Shown here piece by piece: positions 17,497 to 27,613 of a stretch of 64,000 bases of DNA; positions within the stretch are counted from its first letter, which is position 1, and every line of letters starts with the position of its first letter. Made by a program: the position numbers and the translations under genes. The stretch is from assembly GCA_036308125.1 (NCBI GenBank), contig JAXJWH010000136.1, positions 23,499 to 87,498 of the forward strand, written 5' to 3'. The notes beneath the pieces are model-generated. The model did not search any database and was not told the origin of the DNA. It saw only the letters and a list, made by a program, of their open reading frames with translations. The stretch is from Agathobacter sp. (lineage in GTDB: Bacteria; Bacillota; Clostridia; Lachnospirales; Lachnospiraceae).

Positions 17497-18198
17497 TTAT
17501 TTTGAATCCTCTGAAATGTAATTAATTACTTTATTATTACACGAATCAACTGAAAACTGAGGGTAAACTCCCCACTCCGCAGCTATAGCATCTTCTTCAT
17601 TATTGACCTGTACAGCATTTACCTCTGTTTCGATGTTCAATTTTGCCTTGGAATATTTATTATCCATGTCACTGTTACATGAAATCATACTTAAAAAGTC
17701 CTGAGACTGTGAATCACTGCTAATTGGTTTTGTATAATACATTTGTAATTGCTCATTGTCATAATATGTTACAATCCAATCCCCTACTTTAATCTGCTCA
17801 TCATATGAACCTATATATACATCTGAACCATTTTTAGGTATTTCAACGTAATTGGCATTTTTCTTGTTACCGGTATTGATATATAACGAGAGCATATCTT
17901 CATCTTTATCAATTTTTGCTTCTTTATTATTTTGTTCCCAATCAAATGTCACATACACTTTGGCATACACGTCGTACCCGCCTACATTCTTAACTTTATA
18001 AGAAACCTCTGATTCGCCACCAGGCATAATCTTGATGTCATCATCAATATCTGATACTGTTTTAACCTTGAGAGATCTTTCAGATATTTTCTCTATAATT
18101 GATGAACTGTAATCCGACTTAGTTGCCATTGTTCCACCTATCAAAGCTGTTACTGCAACAACAGCTGTTGTTAACATTAATAAATACTTCTTTTTCAC
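17497..18198 (-). CDS. TasA/CalY-like secreted protein with variant SipW-cognate signal peptide
   Basis: Start moved to a GTG (VKKKYLLML), because GGAGGA lies 7 nt upstream and falls inside the longer ORF. Motifs: VTALIGGTMATKSD and IKIMPGGESEVSYKVKN. The next gene starts 14 nt downstream. Confidence 0.6.
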   Translation of the reverse strand: MKKKYLLMLTTAVVAVTALIGGTMATKSDYSSSIIEKISERSLKVKTVSDIDDDIKIMPGGESEVSYKVKNVGGYDVYAKVYVTFDWEQNNKEAKIDKDEDMLSLYINTGNKKNANYVEIPKNGSDVYIGSYDEQIKVGDWIVTYYDNEQLQMYYTKPISSDSQSQDFLSMISCNSDMDNKYSKAKLNIETEVNAVQVNNEEDAIAAEWGVYPQFSVDSCNNKVINYISEDSK

Positions 18199-18262
18199 TC
18201 TAAATTCCTCCATGTATAGGGATAAAATTACTTATTGACTGAGTGAATTATATACTTCTAAT

Positions 18263-18289
18263 GTCACATAGATGTCACACGATGTAACA
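18263..18289 (-). promoter_or_regulatory. Three direct (A)TGTCACA-like repeats at 11- and 10-bp spacing, upstream of fibre operon 2
   Basis: GTCACA at 18263 and 18274, GTAACA at 18284; these lie 65-91 nt upstream of the GTG start. Same motif as at 12517-12533. Confidence 0.5.
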
Positions 18290-18303
18290 CTAACGGCATA
18301 TAT

Positions 18304-18330
18304 TAAAAAAGATGACACAAATGTCATCTT
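18304..18330 (-). terminator. greA terminator
   Basis: 9-bp stem aagatgaca/tgtcatctt overlapping the greA stop codon, followed on the minus strand by T6. Confidence 0.7.
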
Positions 18331-18832
18331 AAAATTTCTTTAATACATCCTGATCTTCATCATCTGTATTTTCTATTCTTTTTATTACTACGAAATATGA
18401 ATAATCATCATTTACTTTAACTTCGCATCTGTCGCCAACTTTATGTCCAAATATTGCTGCACCAAGAGGAGATTCCTTACTTATAAGATTCTTTAATGAA
18501 TTTCCTCTGATTGTTGTAACAATTCTATATGTTTCGATTTCATCGTCTTCTTCAAAATAAACATCAACCGTATTGTTCATTCCAACTTCATCACTCTTTG
18601 ATTCATCATCTATTATAATAGCGGTCTTTATCATATTTTCGAGATATCTAATTCTGCTTTCATTTGCATTCTTAAATTTCTTGGCAGCTTTATACTCAAA
18701 ATTCTCACTTAAATCCCCCTGAGCCCTTGCTTCCTTTACATCCTCTAATGCCTGTTTCCTTACAACCAGCTTTCGATGTTCTATCTCCTCTTCCATTTTC
18801 TTAATATCCTGTCTTGTTAATTCATCATGCAT
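18329..18832 (-). CDS. greA: Transcription elongation factor GreA
   Basis: EARAQGDLSENFEYKAAK motif. Start moved to the second ATG (MHDELT), 8 nt downstream of AGGAG. Confidence 0.9.
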   Translation of the reverse strand: MHDELTRQDIKKMEEEIEHRKLVVRKQALEDVKEARAQGDLSENFEYKAAKKFKNANESRIRYLENMIKTAIIIDDESKSDEVGMNNTVDVYFEEDDEIETYRIVTTIRGNSLKNLISKESPLGAAIFGHKVGDRCEVKVNDDYSYFVVIKRIENTDDEDQDVLKKF

Positions 18833-18855
18833 TTTACACACTCCTAACATTATAT

Positions 18856-19485
18856 CTATAAATCTGACACATCCACTTTAATTATATTTGTGTCCATAAC
18901 ATTTTTATCGTCAGAACAGACACTTAACTGCATGTTTTCTTGAATCTGATAATCATAAAAATAATTTATATTCATGGTATCAATATTTTTAAAATCCAAT
19001 CTCATTCCTAATCCTTTTTGCTTGGAATAGGCCTCTTTTCTTGTCCATACAACTGCGCATTTTTCCTCAAAATGAGAAGTGTCTTCTGATACAAATTCCT
19101 GTTCTCTTTGAGTATAACATCTCTTTATAAAATTAACCTTTTCAAATCTGTCAATTTTTTCTATATCGACACCTATTGCCGTATCCGATAAGGCACATGC
19201 CGCAAATCCATTAGAATGACTGATGCTTATAAATAAATCCGTCACATTATCTATTCTGATTGCGCCATATTCATCATTAAAAAAATTAAGATTATCATAA
19301 CGATAACCCGCATTTTCCAGTGCATAACGCAATAATAATCCAGCTCCTAAGGAATTAACCTTGTTTTCCGGATTCTTACATTTATTTACCTTTATTCTCC
19401 TGTTTTCATTTACCTTCCCAAGCCCATTTTCAATAAATGAGCCATAGGAAGACAAATGTAAATCACAATAATAAACTTTTATCAT
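18856..19485 (-). CDS. 4'-phosphopantetheinyl transferase, Sfp type
   Basis: GVDIEKI and WTRKEAYSKQKG motifs. Confidence 0.75.
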   Translation of the reverse strand: MIKVYYCDLHLSSYGSFIENGLGKVNENRRIKVNKCKNPENKVNSLGAGLLLRYALENAGYRYDNLNFFNDEYGAIRIDNVTDLFISISHSNGFAACALSDTAIGVDIEKIDRFEKVNFIKRCYTQREQEFVSEDTSHFEEKCAVVWTRKEAYSKQKGLGMRLDFKNIDTMNINYFYDYQIQENMQLSVCSDDKNVMDTNIIKVDVSDL

Positions 19486-19491
19486 ATGTAT

Positions 19492-20370
19492 TTATAATAA
19501 ACCGTAAGCTAATACAATAATTCCAAGGATAATTCGATACCATCCAAATACTTTGAAATCATGCTTCTTAATATATCCCATTAAAAATTTGATTACAATT
19601 AAAGATACAACAAATGCCACAACCATTCCAAGTATCAGAATAATGAATTCTTCTGAAGTAAAACTAAGTCCAAATTTAAGTAATTTAAGCAGACTTGCTC
19701 CAAACATAACCGGAATTGCAAGGAAAAAAGTATATTCAGCGGCAACAGTTCTTGATACTCCAATCATTAATGCTCCGACAATTGTTGCCCCTGATCTTGA
19801 AGTTCCTGGGAAAACTGCTGCAATTACCTGAAATAATCCAATTAACAGTGCTGTGTTATAACTAATCTCCTTTAATGAATTAATTTTGAATATTTTTCCT
19901 TTGTTTTTTGTCTCGATTACAATAAAGGCAATTCCAAATAAGATTAACATTATTGAAACAGTCTGGTAATTGTAAAATAATTCCTCAAGTTTTTCATCAA
20001 ATGCAATACCTATTATTGCTGCTGGAACACATGAAACTAAAATATGAAACCATAATGAGAAAATATCTGTTTTAATCCATTTTCCAATTTTATTCAAAGT
20101 TCCATTTCCTTTAATTTCTAATGGTGCATTGTTGTTTTTCTTACCAAATGGCCAGATTTCATTCCAAAATAAAATTACAACGGCAAGAATTGCTCCCAAC
20201 TGAATAACAACCTCAAACATGCTGTAAAATGCATCGGGTGTATCGCCTACTTTAAGGGGAAGAATCTCATTTAATAAAATCATATGCCCTGTACTGCTTA
20301 CCGGAAGCCATTCTGTTATTCCTTCCACAATTCCAAACAAAATAGCTGTTAAAATAACTATAGTATCCAT
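19492..20370 (-). CDS. uppP: Undecaprenyl-diphosphate phosphatase (BacA/UppP)
   Basis: GITEWLPVSSTGHMIL and PGTSRSGATI motifs; polytopic membrane protein. Confidence 0.9.
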   Translation of the reverse strand: MDTIVILTAILFGIVEGITEWLPVSSTGHMILLNEILPLKVGDTPDAFYSMFEVVIQLGAILAVVILFWNEIWPFGKKNNNAPLEIKGNGTLNKIGKWIKTDIFSLWFHILVSCVPAAIIGIAFDEKLEELFYNYQTVSIMLILFGIAFIVIETKNKGKIFKINSLKEISYNTALLIGLFQVIAAVFPGTSRSGATIVGALMIGVSRTVAAEYTFFLAIPVMFGASLLKLLKFGLSFTSEEFIILILGMVVAFVVSLIVIKFLMGYIKKHDFKVFGWYRIILGIIVLAYGLL

Positions 20371-20519
20371 TTTCTCTCTCTTTCCTTTTAATTTTACTTA
20401 TATTATACTACCAAATAATCTTTTATTTTTCAATATATGTATGATATAATAAGAACAGTTGGTACAATACTGTATATAATTTAAATTAATATAAATAATA
20501 TAAATTGGAGGTAAAGCGC

Positions 20520-20672
20520 ATGTCTGAAAAAGCATACAAAGAAATGGGCGTAGCAGGTGCATTTAACCTTGCCATTGGAATATGTACTTTAGTCGGCGGA
20601 ATCGCATCAGGGATTTTACTTATTGTTCATGGTGCTAAATTATTAGCCAACAAGAAAAACATATTGTTTTAA
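20520..20672 (+). CDS. 50-aa small membrane protein, absent from the ORF track; paralog of 37714-37866
   Basis: RBS GGAGGT lies 7 nt upstream of the ATG. Translation is MSEKAYKEMGVAGAFNLAIGICTLVGGIASGILLIVHGAKLLANKKNILF. It shares 26/50 residues (my count) with the second copy and is followed by a terminator. Confidence 0.6.
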   Translation: MSEKAYKEMGVAGAFNLAIGICTLVGGIASGILLIVHGAKLLANKKNILF

Positions 20673-20673
20673 T

Positions 20674-20699
20674 AAAAGCCAGCAATAACGCTGGCTTTT
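20674..20699. terminator. Bidirectional terminator between the small ORF and the end of the Che-like operon
   Basis: aaaagccagc-aataac-gctggctttt forms a perfect stem with A/T flanks. Confidence 0.8.
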
Positions 20700-20710
20700 A
20701 TTCTGTTATT

Positions 20711-23389
20711 TTATTTTTCAACTACAAAAGCAATTCCCACAGTTCCAAAACCTGAAAAGCATGCATTGGTTACTGAACATTTCTGCATAACCACTTTTTC
20801 AAATCTGACACACTTTAATATTTCTTTCTGAAGAATTTCCTGTTGTTTTACTGAAAGTCCCGCATGTGTAATGTAAATAATATCCGTAAGCGGCGGTTTC
20901 CTAAATTTAATTTGTTTCTTAACAAATCTCACTATAGTCTTATCGTATTTTCCTATTCCAAATCCAACAATCTGTAATTCACTTTGCTTTGTTTTCAAAA
21001 CCGGATGTAATTGCAGTAAATTATATATTTTTGCCACAACTTTATTGGTATATCCATTACTATAGAAGGTATTTATGTTTGGAAGCATGAATGAAGAACA
21101 AATGCGTTTCTTAACCCGTTCTATTTCATTCATTATCTCACTAACCCCGGCTCCTTTCATTCTCATCTGTCCTGCCGCAAGTACAACTAATGCCATTCCT
21201 CCTGATATAAAACCTGAATCAACAACGTGAACATGTCCAAAACCTTTTGAAGCATTGAAAGCATTCTCGTAGCTTTTTCCCATATTCATACCAAGTGAAA
21301 TATGTATAACATCTTCGGATTCTACCAGCCTTGATGCAAAAAAATTTTCATAATCTTCTACTGTTGCAGCCTCAGTCCATATATTGTCTCCTTTTATCAG
21401 TAAATCAGAAATACTTTCAGAATTTACTTCCTGCTGGTCTTTAAACCTGCTTTTATCAGTATTTATATATAGATGAATTTGCTTAATATTGTACTTTTCT
21501 ACCCACTCTTCCTTCAGATCGCAAACGCAATCACAGGTAATGCATACCTTTGCCTTGTTTCGCTCAGAAAAAAGTATTGTTTCTCCCGGCAGCAGTTTAT
21601 TCTTTTGGTTCAAATCCAGTCTGTATTCCAAAATGTCATCAGGCAGAAAATTCAAAATTGCCTGTTCAAGCTGAATTCCCCTGAAGGGTTTTTCAATCAT
21701 TCCGTCAAATCCAAATTCCACAAATCTTTTACCAAGATTTAATGTCTGGTCAGCGGTAAGGACAATCACCGGACTGTCTTTACACAAACCATTTTCCTGC
21801 TTTCTAATATTCTTTAATGTTTGTAATCCATCCATCTCCGGCATCATGTAATCCATTAAAATTACATTATAATATTTTTCCTTTGTTTTTTTCAGACATT
21901 CCTTTCCACTGGATACAGTATCTAACTGCAATTTTGTTTCCTTTAATAATTTTGAAACAACAACCCTGTTCATGTCATTATCATCAACCACCAGAATTCT
22001 TGCCTCCGGCGCTTCAAACAAGTGCTGATAAAAATCATTTCTTTTACTCTTATGAATTGCAAATTCAACAACTCCCATTGAGGATTTATCTATTACCTGC
22101 TGTTCCAAAATAACTGTAAATGTTGAACCTCTTGTATATATACTGTCAACTGTCAGTTCTCCACCCATAAGATCCACAAGTTTCTTTGAAAGTGACAAGC
22201 CAAGTCCTGCTCCCTCGCCTTTTTGTTTGTCTGAATATTTTAAATCCATGTAAGAATTAAATAAAGTCTCCAGACGCTCTGTCTTAATTCCAACACCTGT
22301 ATCTTCTACTGAAATAATTAATTTACACCATTCTTCACCAATTTTTTCTGACCTTGCAGATAATGTAACAGCACCTTCTTTTGTATATTTTACGGCATTT
22401 GTTAAAATATTAATTAATATTTGCTTAATTCGTCTTTCATCTCCATACAAAATCGCCGGAATATCACTGTCAATATTTACTATAAAATCAAGTTCTTTTT
22501 CCTTTACCGGCACTTGTGCCATGTCAACTATACTTTCAAATAGTTCTTTTGTTTCATATGAAACAGGGACTATTTCCATCTTCTGTCCTTCGATTAATGA
22601 AATATCCAGTATGTCATTAACTAAGGATAAAAGCATATTTCCAGAACTTTGTATCGTGGTCACATTTTCCATTACTTCATCTGAAATATCCGGCTGACGT
22701 AATATGGTTTCAACCAATCCCATTATCGTATTAATTGGTGTTCTGATTTCATGACTCATGCTTGCAAAGAAATCATTTTTGCTGTTACTGAATTTTGCTA
22801 TTTCATCCTTTTGCTCTAATGCCTGCTTTCTTTCCATGTCATATGCTTTAAGCTGATATTTTGTTACAACTCCCAGCAATATTCCCACAAGAATAACTCC
22901 ATATAATGAATCCAGATAAACCTGTGCCTTATTATCCATCGGAATTATGTACTGTGGATATCTGTATCCAATATAGTATGTTACACAATATACTGTAACA
23001 GCCATGCCAAGCATTAACCTCATAGCTCTGCCGTTATACATTCCTATTGCATAAAATATTCCAAGGCTAAACCATATGGTAGCTCCCCCTTCAATTCCAC
23101 CACTTAAGAAAAATACACTTGGAAATGCTATAAAAATACACGCAATTTCAACTAATGCTGCTGCAATTTCTATTTTTCTATATTTATATGTCAGAATCAA
23201 TGCAACAAGTAACGATATTGTCACTACAGAAATAGGAATAAGTGTATAATATGCACTTGTGGCTAACAATATTTCCCCACATGAAAAAATGCAAAAAATA
23301 AATCCAAATAAAACAATTTTTCTTATTAATCTCTCCCTGAGGCTGAATTCATTTGTTTCTTCATGAAATATTTTTGATACTTTGCCCAT
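20711..23389 (-). CDS. Hybrid sensor histidine kinase: polytopic membrane N-terminus + HisKA/HATPase + receiver + C-terminal DegV-like domain
   Basis: SHEIRTPINTIMG is the H-box; G-boxes are present. The receiver has VVDDNDMN..MDYMMPEMDG. The last about 281 aa align to the DegV/FakB pattern (VCITCDCVCDL..IHISLGMNMGKSYENA..VVDSGFISGG..LHPVL..GFGTVGIAF). Confidence 0.75.
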   Translation of the reverse strand: MGKVSKIFHEETNEFSLRERLIRKIVLFGFIFCIFSCGEILLATSAYYTLIPISVVTISLLVALILTYKYRKIEIAAALVEIACIFIAFPSVFFLSGGIEGGATIWFSLGIFYAIGMYNGRAMRLMLGMAVTVYCVTYYIGYRYPQYIIPMDNKAQVYLDSLYGVILVGILLGVVTKYQLKAYDMERKQALEQKDEIAKFSNSKNDFFASMSHEIRTPINTIMGLVETILRQPDISDEVMENVTTIQSSGNMLLSLVNDILDISLIEGQKMEIVPVSYETKELFESIVDMAQVPVKEKELDFIVNIDSDIPAILYGDERRIKQILINILTNAVKYTKEGAVTLSARSEKIGEEWCKLIISVEDTGVGIKTERLETLFNSYMDLKYSDKQKGEGAGLGLSLSKKLVDLMGGELTVDSIYTRGSTFTVILEQQVIDKSSMGVVEFAIHKSKRNDFYQHLFEAPEARILVVDDNDMNRVVVSKLLKETKLQLDTVSSGKECLKKTKEKYYNVILMDYMMPEMDGLQTLKNIRKQENGLCKDSPVIVLTADQTLNLGKRFVEFGFDGMIEKPFRGIQLEQAILNFLPDDILEYRLDLNQKNKLLPGETILFSERNKAKVCITCDCVCDLKEEWVEKYNIKQIHLYINTDKSRFKDQQEVNSESISDLLIKGDNIWTEAATVEDYENFFASRLVESEDVIHISLGMNMGKSYENAFNASKGFGHVHVVDSGFISGGMALVVLAAGQMRMKGAGVSEIMNEIERVKKRICSSFMLPNINTFYSNGYTNKVVAKIYNLLQLHPVLKTKQSELQIVGFGIGKYDKTIVRFVKKQIKFRKPPLTDIIYITHAGLSVKQQEILQKEILKCVRFEKVVMQKCSVTNACFSGFGTVGIAFVVEK

Positions 23390-23403
23390 ATTCTAACGTC
23401 TCC

Positions 23404-26184
23404 TTATTTACCATCAACCTTTATTTTAATTCGTTTTAGTGCTTCATATGCAGACATATAATCTGACATATCCACCTTCTTATATATTGGTTCAAGTAAA
23501 CTACTTATTCGTTTTTCTTTGTATTTATATTTTGTCAGTTCTTTTAATATTGATAACATATTTTCATCTTCCCATGTGTATACTGCATTTTCAAACTCAT
23601 CAATGTATCTTTCAAATTCTTCAGGTGCAAGTTCTTCTAATTCTGATACATCATCTTCCATTTGCTCATTAATGCTAAAATTATGTCCTAATACATCCAT
23701 AACTTTATCATATTCCTGAATCATTTTATCGTGATTTTCCTTTATGAAATCAATTCTTTTTTCTTTGCCTGCATATTCTAATTCTTTACACATATCTGAA
23801 AGCTTGTTTATACCAATACTTTTCATGGAACTTTTTATTCCATGAACAAATATAACATAATTATCCCAATCTTCCTTATTATAAAAGTCAATAATTTTAT
23901 TTCTGTTTTCCTGACTGTCTTCATATTGAAGTCTTAAAATGTCTATATAATCTTCCTTGGTTCCACAATATGTTATTCCTTGCTTAATATCAATCTGCAA
24001 ATCTTCAAAATCCAGTTCCACGTCAATATCCACATTTTTTTCTTTATCCTTTGGTTTTTCTTCGATTACAGTTTCTTCTTCTGCTTTATCATCAGGTTCT
24101 TCAACAGGCTTGTCTATTGGAATAAGTTTATCCTCTGGAAGAAATTCTCTAAGAACCCTGTCAAGCACAGATATCTCAATTGGCTTTGCAACAAATTCCT
24201 GAAAACCTTCTTTCAAAAACATCTCTCTTGCACCTGCAACCGCATTTGCAGTTAATGCAATAATCGGAACTTCTCTATAATACAATTCATTCTTCTTTCT
24301 GATTCTATGAAGAGTTTCTACTCCATCCATCTCAGGCATCATATGATCCATGAAAATAATATCGTATTTTTTGCTTTCAATTTTTTCTAGCACTTCCGCT
24401 CCACTAAGAGCTGTTGAAATATTCATCTTATATGTTTTAAGCAGTGAACTAGCCACTTTTAGATTCAGATAATTATCATCAACAATCATTACATTTGCAT
24501 TCGGAGCAATAAAATGTCCTATACTTATATTTTTACCACTATATTCTTTTGAAATTGCAACGCCTTTGATAATAGAAACAATCGGCAAAATATAAAACGG
24601 CTTATATAATCTTATTAATGAATCATTTTTTAATTCCTTTTCTCTTGCCTTATCTATAACAATTATTAATTTATGCTTTTGGCTTAACTCATCAAAATAT
24701 TCTTTGTCCTCACAGTATGATTCCCAACTGATAAACAAATCACTAAAATATTCTCTTTCTACACGCCTTTGAAATTCTGCTAAATTCCTGCACCTGTGAA
24801 AACGAACATTTAACTGTTCTGCCATGTGCGATATGTTATTAAGATATGCATCCCTTATGGCTATCATATCAAACTGTTCCATATTAATGTATAAAAGTAC
24901 ATTGACTCTGTTTAAATTTTCTAATTCAATAAGAGGCGCTTTATCCTGAACTTTCTGTGGAATTACAAACTGAAATTCACTTCCCTTTCCTAATTCACTC
25001 TTAACATTTATAAAACCGCCCATTTGCTCAACAATCTTTTTGGAAATGGCAAGTCCAAGTCCAATACCGCCTTCCTGCCTGTTTCTTTTTGTGTCAACCT
25101 GGTTAAAACTTGTAAATAATTTTTCCCTGCTTGTATCATCAAGACCAATTCCTGTATCCTTAACCGAAACACACAAATTTATTCCGTAATATTCTTCTCT
25201 ATATGTAAATGTAATGGTAATACATCCATCGTTCGTAAATTTAATTGCATTGCTTAGAAAATTTAAAATCAATCGTCTGATTTTCTGTTCATCCCCTACC
25301 AGTTCTCTTGGAATTGTTGCATCACAGTCCACAACAAGCTCTATATTTTTATTAGATTTCCATGCATTTGCAAGATTAATTACATCATTTATCGTTGAAG
25401 CCAAATTATAAGATACTTCCGTTATTGTCTGTTTCCCTGAATTAAGTTCCGAAAAATCAAGTAAATCATTTACTACTGTAAGCAGTTTTCTTCCGGATGT
25501 CTGAATATCTTCGATTTTTTCCTTTAAATCAGGACTTAATTCATCATGCAATATCACTTCGCTCATACCTGAAATTGTATTAATAGGTGTTCGAATTTCA
25601 TGACTTACGTTTGCCAGAAAATCATCTTTGCTGTGTTCTGCTTTTTTTAATTCCTTGATGGCATCATCTACTTCCTTTTTATTCTTTATCCTATTAATGA
25701 TATCTTTCCATACATATATGATGATAACGTACATATTTATAATAGAAGTGAAATTGTAATAATAGTCAGTAAAGGAATTAAGAATAATGGTTTTTTTCAC
25801 AAAATAATGGTAGAGCACTATAATCGTAAAGGATATAATTGGCAGAAATAGTAAATCCGGAATAGTATAAAGACTCATAAAGAAAACGATTCCCACAAAT
25901 GGCAGTGCTATCAGAAGATAGTTATCTATATTAAATGCATATATAACAACACAACATTCTACCAGCACAGATATATATAATGCCCTTCCTTTAACATCCC
26001 ATCTATTTGTTGCATAAATAATTACATTAGAAACCACCACAAAAATATTAAAATAAACTATTAATCTGTCCCAATTGAAATGTAAAACGCCAATAGTCAT
26101 ACATACTATATGGAATGAATATGCCACTAAAATAAACAGCTCTCTTTTTCGATTTATACTATCCAGACATACCTTTTCTTCCAT
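23404..26184 (-). CDS. Hybrid sensor histidine kinase: polytopic membrane N-terminus + HisKA/HATPase + receiver + HPt
   Basis: Start moved to MEEKVCLDS (GGAGG 5 nt upstream). H-box SHEIRTPINTISG; receiver MIVDDNYLN..MDHMMPEMDG; C-terminal HPt motif VHGIKSSMKSIG. Confidence 0.8.
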   Translation of the reverse strand: MEEKVCLDSINRKRELFILVAYSFHIVCMTIGVLHFNWDRLIVYFNIFVVVSNVIIYATNRWDVKGRALYISVLVECCVVIYAFNIDNYLLIALPFVGIVFFMSLYTIPDLLFLPIISFTIIVLYHYFVKKTIILNSFTDYYYNFTSIINMYVIIIYVWKDIINRIKNKKEVDDAIKELKKAEHSKDDFLANVSHEIRTPINTISGMSEVILHDELSPDLKEKIEDIQTSGRKLLTVVNDLLDFSELNSGKQTITEVSYNLASTINDVINLANAWKSNKNIELVVDCDATIPRELVGDEQKIRRLILNFLSNAIKFTNDGCITITFTYREEYYGINLCVSVKDTGIGLDDTSREKLFTSFNQVDTKRNRQEGGIGLGLAISKKIVEQMGGFINVKSELGKGSEFQFVIPQKVQDKAPLIELENLNRVNVLLYINMEQFDMIAIRDAYLNNISHMAEQLNVRFHRCRNLAEFQRRVEREYFSDLFISWESYCEDKEYFDELSQKHKLIIVIDKAREKELKNDSLIRLYKPFYILPIVSIIKGVAISKEYSGKNISIGHFIAPNANVMIVDDNYLNLKVASSLLKTYKMNISTALSGAEVLEKIESKKYDIIFMDHMMPEMDGVETLHRIRKKNELYYREVPIIALTANAVAGAREMFLKEGFQEFVAKPIEISVLDRVLREFLPEDKLIPIDKPVEEPDDKAEEETVIEEKPKDKEKNVDIDVELDFEDLQIDIKQGITYCGTKEDYIDILRLQYEDSQENRNKIIDFYNKEDWDNYVIFVHGIKSSMKSIGINKLSDMCKELEYAGKEKRIDFIKENHDKMIQEYDKVMDVLGHNFSINEQMEDDVSELEELAPEEFERYIDEFENAVYTWEDENMLSILKELTKYKYKEKRISSLLEPIYKKVDMSDYMSAYEALKRIKIKVDGK

Positions 26185-26243
26185 AAAAACCTCCGTTTTT
26201 AAAATGACCAGCATCACCAAAGGACACTGGTCATTCATCTGCG

Positions 26244-27608
26244 TTAATATTTTCCAAAATCATCTCCAAGAGAAATTATCAATTCATTTGGATTCTTTTC
26301 ATTATCATTTATAACTGCATTGTCATTTCTGTCAATTGTATTAAACATACTATCATGCTCTTCTTCTTTGCCAAGATTATATATTGACAGCAATTCTCTC
26401 ATGTGAACAGCCTGATTTGATAATTCTTCACTTGCTGCTGCACATTCCTGGCTTGTTGCCGAATTATTCTGCACAACCTGAGAAACCTGACCTATTGCCT
26501 GATTAATCTGTGCCACTGAAGTTGCCTGATAATTTGAAGACTCCGCAATCTCTTTTATGTAAACCTCACTTTCAGAAACAACCTTAGTTATTGCATCCAA
26601 TGCATTTGATGTTTCATTGGCAATTTTTGAACCTGCTTCAACCTTCAAAATTGAATCTTCAATTAATTCTGCTGTTTCAGATGCAGCATCTGCACTTTTG
26701 GCAGCTAAATTTCTTACTTCCTCTGCTACAACTGCAAATCCTTTTCCAGCTTCTCCGGCTCTTGCAGCTTCTACTGCTGCATTAAGGGCAAGGATATTTG
26801 TCTGAAATGCAATATCATCAATAACTTTTATTATGTTCGAAATACTTTCTGATGCTTTATTAATATCCTGCATTGCATTCATCATTTCATGCATCTGTTT
26901 GTTGCCCTGCTTTACATCAACAATTGCCTTTGATACTAATGAAGCAGCTTCATTTGCCTGATTTGCATTTTGCTTTGTTTTTTCGGCAATTTCACTTATT
27001 GACGCTGTAATTTCTTCTATCGCACTTGCCTGCTGTGTTGAACCCTGTGCCAATGCTTCGCTTGCAGTTGCAACCTGTGAAGAACTTGTCATAACCTGAT
27101 ATGCCGATTCACTAATATTTCCAAGTGTGGTCTTATTTCTGTCTACCATACTTTTTAAAGCATTTCCTAAAAGGTCTTTATCTCCACGAGGTGATACTTT
27201 AATTGTAAGATTGCCGTTCGCCACATCTTCTGCTATCTGGGCCTGAACAAGACTTTCGTTAATTAAATTATTTAATTCATCAATTAATTCTCCAAACTCA
27301 TCTTCTCTTTCCTTAGGTATTTCAAATTCAATATCACCTATGGAAAGTTTTTTAGTTGCATCTTTTACTGTTCCAAAGCCTTCTTTTAAACTTTTAAGTA
27401 TTGTAATTGGAAAATATATCATAATCACAATCATAATAACAAGCATAACAATACATACTATATTATAATATCTTAAGAAAACCTCCGGGTCATTTGCCTG
27501 TACTACTTTCCTTGCTGTTGAGTATCCACAATAAAGCAGGAAAACCATTACAACATCCATAACCACAAAAACTATCCCTAGTTTCTTCTGTATCCCCAAA
27601 TCCTTCAT
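26244..27608 (-). CDS. Methyl-accepting chemotaxis protein with two TM segments, a loop of about 20 aa instead of a sensor domain, and a HAMP domain
   Basis: Signalling-domain motif [39 protein letters not shown]1 and TM2 are separated only by [20 protein letters not shown]. Confidence 0.85.
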   Translation of the reverse strand: MKDLGIQKKLGIVFVVMDVVMVFLLYCGYSTARKVVQANDPEVFLRYYNIVCIVMLVIMIVIMIYFPITILKSLKEGFGTVKDATKKLSIGDIEFEIPKEREDEFGELIDELNNLINESLVQAQIAEDVANGNLTIKVSPRGDKDLLGNALKSMVDRNKTTLGNISESAYQVMTSSSQVATASEALAQGSTQQASAIEEITASISEIAEKTKQNANQANEAASLVSKAIVDVKQGNKQMHEMMNAMQDINKASESISNIIKVIDDIAFQTNILALNAAVEAARAGEAGKGFAVVAEEVRNLAAKSADAASETAELIEDSILKVEAGSKIANETSNALDAITKVVSESEVYIKEIAESSNYQATSVAQINQAIGQVSQVVQNNSATSQECAAASEELSNQAVHMRELLSIYNLGKEEEHDSMFNTIDRNDNAVINDNEKNPNELIISLGDDFGKY

Positions 27609-27613
27609 ATATA

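Noticed and set aside
18856-19485. Sfp-type phosphopantetheinyl transferase as a marker of a nearby NRPS/PKS cluster.
   Set aside because: No carrier-protein, NRPS or PKS genes occur anywhere in the window. Its neighbours are greA and uppP.
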